Below are positions 8,662 to 14,416 of a DNA stretch of 14,416 nt, piece after piece; position 1 is the stretch's first letter; each line of letters opens with the position of its first letter. The position numbers and the translations under genes were made by a program. Under the pieces are notes generated by a model. It worked only from the letters and a program-made list of their open reading frames with translations. It was not told the origin of the DNA and ran no database searches. The stretch covers positions 1-14,416 of the forward strand of contig JBLIRN010000068.1 of the NCBI GenBank assembly GCA_049472315.1. The letters are read 5' to 3'. Source of the stretch: a bacterium. GTDB taxonomy: Bacteria > SZUA-182 > DTGQ01 > JAFGSM01.

Positions 8662-11600
8662 ATGAAATCCACCATCAAGGGATATCATCTCATTCTGATC
8701 GCCGTCATCACCGCAATCCTCGCCCTTGCCCCCCGAGCCTGGGCCGAATGGGAGCAGTTCGATCCCAATAGAACCGCAAATTTTCCTTCCTCCCGGATCG
8801 TCAGCCTGGCAGCGGACCCCAACAGGGTATGGGTCGCAACCGATGAGGGGTTGGTACATATGCTCCTGGAGGATCCGAACGACGAATGGATGCTGCATTC
8901 CCAAATTGATACCTCATATACCCCTATTACAGCCATGAACATAGACCAGGATGCACTCCTCTGGCTCGGGACCCCTCAGGGGCTCGTCTCCTATGACCCT
9001 TCATTCAGCGATCCGAACAGTCCTTATACATACGGCAACCTTTACTTCAGCGATGCCAATTTCACCGTTGATATCGAGGCGGATGCGAACTATGTGTGGA
9101 TCGCAACGGATGAGGGGCTCAATCAATTCAATAAAACCACGCATAGCTTTTTCCCTCATAATAATGGTACCTCTGATTTTGATTCCTTCTCTTGTCGGGG
9201 GGTGAACTCTGCAAACGAGGATGTCGTGTGGGCATTGCCCAGCCTTCCCACGATTTTCGGCGTTTACCGCTACACGATCACAGGCAATACATGGGATTAT
9301 TTCCTCCCATCCGGATGGTCGACGCTTGTCTTCGATAGCATTGAGACGGGGAACGCCAGCGACCTGTGGCTGGGGAGCGGCAATTCCGGCCTGTGGCACT
9401 TTCAGCCTGATCCGAACGTATGGGACCACTGGGCGGCATCCGAGTATGGCCTTCCCTCGGATAATATATTAACGCTCGGCGTCTATGATGATGCAAACCG
9501 GGTCATCGTGGTCACCGATGCGGGTATCGCGCGCTACGACCTCGACCTCGACCTGTGGCAGCCCATCGGTCCCCCTGCCGACGTTGACCTCGAAGAGCAG
9601 GTGATCACGGATGTGCTGGTGGACACAGTGGACACCAACCACCACCAGGTGTGGTTCGGCACACAGGACGGGGGGCTCTACCGGTGGAACGAGGGGGCGC
9701 TCATCTGGACGAGCCCGGCAAACGGGAGCGAGGAGGTGTCCCTGGACACCAACAGCATCGAGGTGGTGTTCAACGAGACTATCGACGACACCACCGTGAT
9801 ACTGGGCGGAGCGGGCAGCAACCTGACCTTCGAGATGCTCGATGAGAATCACGTCCTTATCAACGATCCCAACATATACGACCCGAATGATTTCACCTGG
9901 CACTTCCGCGATGCCGGAATGAACTCCCATCTCATCATCGAGCCGAAGGAGACGGGGTACCAATTCCATCCCAACACCTACTACCGGTTCAAGTTTACCT
10001 CTGCCATCCTCGATCAGTCCGGTTCCCCAATCCTGAACGAAGACAGTGAACTGCAGTTCATGACCCTCATTCCGCCGGAGGTGACGGCTACCGATCCTAA
10101 TCAAAACGAGACCGGCGTCGCCCTGGATGCCACCATCACCATCACCTTCAATAAGCTGATGGATCACGCCAGCTTTTTCTTAGGGTATCCATCGAATACG
10201 CGGCTTCAGCGTTCAGGATATCCCGAGTTTGACATCATTCAGGATGAGACAACTTTTACTGATGCAAACAACCAGACCATCCTCGAAATAGACGTAACCG
10301 GAGGATTCGCCCCCGGGAGTCAATACACCCTGACCATCATCAAGGATGTGACGGACCTCTCCGGGAATCCCCTCGCAGAGGACCTTGTCCTGACCTTCAC
10401 CACCGTCCTGCCCCCGGAGGTCACCGGCAGCCCCATACCTGCCGACGGCGCGGATGACGTTTCGTGGGATACGAACATCGTGGTTGGCTTCAATGCCTCC
10501 ATGGACGCGGGCTCGGTGCAGGACCACTTCAGCATCTCGCCCTTTGTGAACGGCGATTTCACCTGGTTTGACGCAAACACCCGGGTGTCCTTCCAGCCCT
10601 CGGCACCTCTTGGGTATTTAACCACCTATCAGGTCACCATCGATGCAAATGCAGTGGATGAAAACGGGATTCCCCTGGGGACCGACTACACCTGGTCATT
10701 TACCACACTTGCCGATCCCACAGACGTTTCCGTGGTTTCGGTCTACCCTGCGCAGGATGAGGACGCCGCATCCGTCCATACGGAGATCCGGGTGCTCTTC
10801 ACCCAGGCGATGAACACCGCGAGCGTGCAGGCAGCCTTCAGCCTGCTGGACGAAAGCCTCGCCAGTGTACCGGGGGCCTTTTCCTGGAGCGCGGATTCGA
10901 AGGAGTTGCACTTCGCACCGACAAATCCCCTGGAGGAGGACGGGTCCTACACGGCTGCCGTTTCGAGCGCCGCACAGTCGGTATCGGCGGGATATCTCGA
11001 TCCGAACGTGGAGTGGGAATTCACCTGTGTGCTCCCAAATCAGTATCCGCTTGATCCGAACCAGTCATGGCCTGCCGTTGCCATCGATCCCAATGATATC
11101 GCGATCGATCCCAACGACATGGGATTTTCCGCCATGGGGATCAGCCCTTCAGACGGAAGCCTTTGGACGGGACTCGCCTCAATCGACCCCAATTCCGGGA
11201 TCTGGACAGGGCTCGGGCTGTTCCATTACGATGGAATGGAGTGGACGCACTACACGGCATCCGATCCCAACTGTGGGCTGACCAGCGATTACATCACCGA
11301 CATCGCCTTCGACAGCCAGGGGAATGTCTGGGTGGCAACGGAGCCTGATCCCAACAATATCGGCGGCGGTGTGGCCCGGTTCGACGGTGAGGACTGGTCG
11401 CTCTATTCCCCTGACATCGATCCCAATCAGTTCTATATCGTGAACAGGGCGGGCCTGACCCCTGATGCCATCCAGCTATTTTTCAGGGTCAATGCCGTCG
11501 AGGTGTATCCCGCCGGCACCGGGGACCTGATCTGGATTGCCACCACCGGAGGCATCGGCGTGGGGCAATACGATCCCAACATAGAAGATTGGAAATGGAC

Positions 11601-13002
11601 CTCCAAGGCTGATCCCCAGACACTGCACGTGCTTGCCGCGGACCCGGTCACCGGCACCATCTGGCTTGAGAGTGGAAATACGTTCTGGGAACCCGACGAT
11701 CCCTGTGATTTCATCGCCGGGATCGATGCATTGAAATTCGACGAGTACCTGGATGAGTGGCCCGAGGTGTGGGACCCCAACATATGGGCGTGGTATCCGA
11801 ACGGCGCACTGCCCAAGGTCAGGCTTCTTGGCCTGGTGCATCAATTGTTCGTAAGGGGTATGACTGTGGACGGAAACCGCAACCTCTGGCTTGCCGCCAA
11901 GGATGGGCTCTACGCCATAAATATAGACAACCTGCTCCTGGGGGTATGCGATTTTGCAGCGTATGACTACACCGATACCGCCGGGGGGCTCCTATACGAT
12001 TCCATTTACGGGGTGACGGTGAGCCCGGATGACCCGAACACGCTCTGGGTGATCACCTCGGCCGATCCGAATCAAGGGGCGGGCATCAGCAGCTATGATG
12101 TCACCGCGCCCATCGGCTCGCCCGAAAGCTGGGCCCGGTACACCTTTGATGGTGACGATGTGTTCGCCGCCTACCCGATCAGAAACGGCGGCATCATGGC
12201 GGGGACCAGCGAAGGACTGCTGATCGTGGGCGACACCGGCAGCCCGTCGGTTACCACCTCCTATCCCTCCGATCCCAATACGAATATACCGGTCGGGGGA
12301 CCGTACTGGGTGCAATTTTCCGAATTGATGGATACCGATACCACGGAGGATGCCTTCTCCCTAAGGGATGTACACTCCATTGCGGTTGCAGGGTCATTTG
12401 CGTGGGAGAGCGCACGACTCGTATTCACCCCGAGCAGCAGCCTGGTTTCCAGCAGTGTCTATACCATGAGGGTGGATCCCAATGCCGCCGATCTTTCCGG
12501 CAACCTGCTTGGCCAGGCCTATCAGGTGAGCTTCAGGACCTCCTCCGGGTGGATTGCGTCCACCATTCCCTACCAGGGGGAGCACGGGGTCGGTATCGCG
12601 GCACAGGTGGTCATAAACTTTGACCGGGCCATGGATGCGAACAGCGTTCAGAACGCCTTCTGCCTCAAGATAGACCCAAGTTACGGAGCGCATTCCTGTA
12701 TTGATGGCTCCTTCACCTGGGACCAGAATAACACGGTCCTCACCTTCAATCCCGACGAGGACCTGGACCAGGGGACCCTCTACCTGATGACCATCGATGA
12801 TACCGCCACCGATGATGGCGGGACACCGTTGCCGGAGATGTTCACCCTGCAGTTTACCACGGCCTTCGCCACCAGGGTGCTCAGGTTTTCCGAGGTGGAA
12901 TGTTTCATACAGAGCGTTGAGGAGAAAGACGCCGGTATTGTTGAAAGGATGCGGAACCTGTTCCGTTTTATTGTCACTCGTGCGACAGGCTCGGAACCGT
13001 AA
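8662..13002 (+). CDS. Large exported acidic surface protein (1446 aa): signal peptide, beta-propeller, 4 SbsA/Big_5-like Ig domains, second beta-propeller, 2 Big_5-like domains, C-terminal CFI motif
   Basis: Sec signal MKSTIKGYHLILIAVITAILALAPRAWA|E. Propeller blades of the two-component-regulator type (VWVATDEGL, LWLGTPQGL, GLPSDNI, GLTSDYITDIAFDSQGNVWVAT) at ~8746-9690 and ~11040-12235. Ig-like units (P.V...P..G...V......I...F...MD...Y......D.SGN.L....F.T) start near 9700, 10072, 10411, 10726, 12244 and 12550. AG-rich RBS upstream. Confidence 0.88.
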   Translation: MKSTIKGYHLILIAVITAILALAPRAWAEWEQFDPNRTANFPSSRIVSLAADPNRVWVATDEGLVHMLLEDPNDEWMLHSQIDTSYTPITAMNIDQDALLWLGTPQGLVSYDPSFSDPNSPYTYGNLYFSDANFTVDIEADANYVWIATDEGLNQFNKTTHSFFPHNNGTSDFDSFSCRGVNSANEDVVWALPSLPTIFGVYRYTITGNTWDYFLPSGWSTLVFDSIETGNASDLWLGSGNSGLWHFQPDPNVWDHWAASEYGLPSDNILTLGVYDDANRVIVVTDAGIARYDLDLDLWQPIGPPADVDLEEQVITDVLVDTVDTNHHQVWFGTQDGGLYRWNEGALIWTSPANGSEEVSLDTNSIEVVFNETIDDTTVILGGAGSNLTFEMLDENHVLINDPNIYDPNDFTWHFRDAGMNSHLIIEPKETGYQFHPNTYYRFKFTSAILDQSGSPILNEDSELQFMTLIPPEVTATDPNQNETGVALDATITITFNKLMDHASFFLGYPSNTRLQRSGYPEFDIIQDETTFTDANNQTILEIDVTGGFAPGSQYTLTIIKDVTDLSGNPLAEDLVLTFTTVLPPEVTGSPIPADGADDVSWDTNIVVGFNASMDAGSVQDHFSISPFVNGDFTWFDANTRVSFQPSAPLGYLTTYQVTIDANAVDENGIPLGTDYTWSFTTLADPTDVSVVSVYPAQDEDAASVHTEIRVLFTQAMNTASVQAAFSLLDESLASVPGAFSWSADSKELHFAPTNPLEEDGSYTAAVSSAAQSVSAGYLDPNVEWEFTCVLPNQYPLDPNQSWPAVAIDPNDIAIDPNDMGFSAMGISPSDGSLWTGLASIDPNSGIWTGLGLFHYDGMEWTHYTASDPNCGLTSDYITDIAFDSQGNVWVATEPDPNNIGGGVARFDGEDWSLYSPDIDPNQFYIVNRAGLTPDAIQLFFRVNAVEVYPAGTGDLIWIATTGGIGVGQYDPNIEDWKWTSKADPQTLHVLAADPVTGTIWLESGNTFWEPDDPCDFIAGIDALKFDEYLDEWPEVWDPNIWAWYPNGALPKVRLLGLVHQLFVRGMTVDGNRNLWLAAKDGLYAINIDNLLLGVCDFAAYDYTDTAGGLLYDSIYGVTVSPDDPNTLWVITSADPNQGAGISSYDVTAPIGSPESWARYTFDGDDVFAAYPIRNGGIMAGTSEGLLIVGDTGSPSVTTSYPSDPNTNIPVGGPYWVQFSELMDTDTTEDAFSLRDVHSIAVAGSFAWESARLVFTPSSSLVSSSVYTMRVDPNAADLSGNLLGQAYQVSFRTSSGWIASTIPYQGEHGVGIAAQVVINFDRAMDANSVQNAFCLKIDPSYGAHSCIDGSFTWDQNNTVLTFNPDEDLDQGTLYLMTIDDTATDDGGTPLPEMFTLQFTTAFATRVLRFSEVECFIQSVEEKDAGIVERMRNLFRFIVTRATGSEP
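11080..11121 (+). repeat. Degenerate 21-bp tandem duplication encoding AIDPND(I/M) twice
   Basis: gccatcgatcccaatgatatc / gcgatcgatcccaacgacatg, in frame within the large CDS. Confidence 0.65.
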
Positions 13003-13068
13003 AGAGATCTCGCCATGACGGGATTGATTGACGGTCGTATTTTTTAACCTGCAACACAGAGGTACTCT

Positions 13069-14416
13069 ATGATGCGCAGTCCAACACGGGATCGCAGCAG
13101 GGTCCTGATAATGATCGTATGCCTTGTGGTCGTGATCACCTGCATGTGCACCTGCGGCTATGCCGCTGAAATCGATGTCCTTCCGGGGGATGTGTATGTG
13201 TTTCCGCAGGATCCGAACCGCAGGACCAATAACAAACCCAATTCGAGGATCGCCTCGAATGGCGAGGGATATCTCTGCGTATGGCAAGAGCACGACGGTG
13301 GGGCCAAGGACGTGTATGCCCGGCTGCTTGACCCGAATGGTGTCGAGCAGGGAGAGCCTTTGCCTGTCAGCTCCACGGCCGGGAATCAAAGGAACCCGGA
13401 TGTCGGCTCCGACGGCGACGGCTACCTCGTTGTATGGGCGGACGGCAGGAATGAAGATCCGAACAATACTGTGGGTCTGGACGTCTACGGCGCCGTTTTC
13501 AACGCACAGGGTGACATGGTGGATGAGGTTCCCATCGCAACGGGCACGGGGAGCCAGAACTTCCCCAAGGTGAAATGGCAGGGAGATCACTACCTGGTCG
13601 TGTGGGAGGATTGGACGGAGCATGACGCCGAGTTGGGCGAGGTCTCCCTGTACGGGAGGAGGCTTGATGCGGACGGTGCCATTATCGACCAGAATTCCGT
13701 GGAGATTGCCGCGGGCATGGCATACAACAAAAAGGGGATCAGGCCCTGCTTCGATATCGCCTCGATCGAGGACCCCAACGGTGTCTCATGGATCGTTGCC
13801 TGGAGCGGGAGCGTGCAGGATCCCTCCGAATACGGCCTGGACATCCTGGCGCGTTTCCTCCAGGTAGACCCCAACGGCACCCTTGAGTTGTCCCCCTTTC
13901 TTGCCCAGATTCCCATCTCCGGCCTGGATCAATACAATCCCACGGTGGAGGGACTGGAGAACCAGTTCCTGGTTGCATGGGAGCAGTGGGCGGACGACGA
14001 GGGCACGGATACGGATATCTGGGGCATCATGCTCAATATGAAAGGGGGGTTCGCCGGGGGGCTCATCAATATCGGCTCCGCCCGCAAGAAACAGCACTAT
14101 CCCGAGCTGGCGACCAACGGGAGGGGATTTTTCGCTGTCTGGCTGGATCAGCGGGATTCCACCTCCGAACAATTGGTCGAGCACATTTACGGGATCCGTA
14201 TCTCACCCGAAGGGTATCTCCTTCAGGATGACCCCGAATCATTCGGCGGCACGCGCCTCAGCGAGGATGCAAACCAGGTCATCTGGCTGACCGACGTTGC
14301 TGGCCCCGGGGGAGATGATGACCGCTATTTTGGTTTTTGGTCGGCACGAAGCCGAATCGACGATGTGTGGACCCTGCGGGGAAGGATGTACGATCCGCCC
14401 CCCCCGCCCTGGCTGG
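13069..14416 (+). CDS. Exported beta-propeller repeat protein (3' end truncated by window edge)
   Basis: Manual translation with no stop to the window end: MMRSPTRDRSRVLIMIVCLVVVITCMCTCGYA|AEIDV..., then ~7 repeats of the form Q..P.V...G..YLVVW.D......D.YG (YLCVWQE, YLVVWAD, YLVVWED, WIVAWSG, FLVAWEQ, FFAVWLD, YFGFWSA), then DPPPPPW. AGAGG RBS at 13058-13062. Confidence 0.88.
   Translation, partial: MMRSPTRDRSRVLIMIVCLVVVITCMCTCGYAAEIDVLPGDVYVFPQDPNRRTNNKPNSRIASNGEGYLCVWQEHDGGAKDVYARLLDPNGVEQGEPLPVSSTAGNQRNPDVGSDGDGYLVVWADGRNEDPNNTVGLDVYGAVFNAQGDMVDEVPIATGTGSQNFPKVKWQGDHYLVVWEDWTEHDAELGEVSLYGRRLDADGAIIDQNSVEIAAGMAYNKKGIRPCFDIASIEDPNGVSWIVAWSGSVQDPSEYGLDILARFLQVDPNGTLELSPFLAQIPISGLDQYNPTVEGLENQFLVAWEQWADDEGTDTDIWGIMLNMKGGFAGGLINIGSARKKQHYPELATNGRGFFAVWLDQRDSTSEQLVEHIYGIRISPEGYLLQDDPESFGGTRLSEDANQVIWLTDVAGPGGDDDRYFGFWSARSRIDDVWTLRGRMYDPPPPPWL

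Noticed and set aside
8761..12483. Recurrent gatcccaa/gatccgaa strings as a DNA repeat or CRISPR-like array
   Set aside because: Irregular spacing, in-frame placement and synonymous variation show they reflect the DPN peptide motif.
12394..13623. 409-aa minus-strand ORF spanning the two surface-protein genes
   Set aside because: Shadow frame of two plus-strand CDSs; the product is not protein-like.

Overview
Bacterial chromosomal window with GC-rich CDSs and AT-rich promoter regions; there are no mobile elements, CRISPR arrays or recognisable RNA genes. At the left is asnS on the minus strand (truncated by the window edge and absent from the ORF track), divergent from a receiver + HisKA-only signalling protein. 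The middle is the conserved translation operon ffh-rpsP-khpA-rimM-trmD-(DUF2168/Tm1570-like SPOUT methyltransferase)-rplS-rnhB-yraN. At the right, behind a near-consensus sigma70 promoter, are two exported acidic proteins. The first is 1446 aa (beta-propeller, 4 Ig-like domains, beta-propeller, 2 Ig-like domains, C-terminal CFI motif). The second is a ~7-repeat beta-propeller protein that runs off the window and is also absent from the ORF track. The most striking signal is extreme enrichment of the tripeptide D-P-N (plus D-A-N) in the two exported proteins only: 22+5 DPN by manual count, encoded by varied codons, versus none seen in the cytoplasmic proteins. This suggests a non-canonical post-translational modification sequon, possibly for glycosylation.
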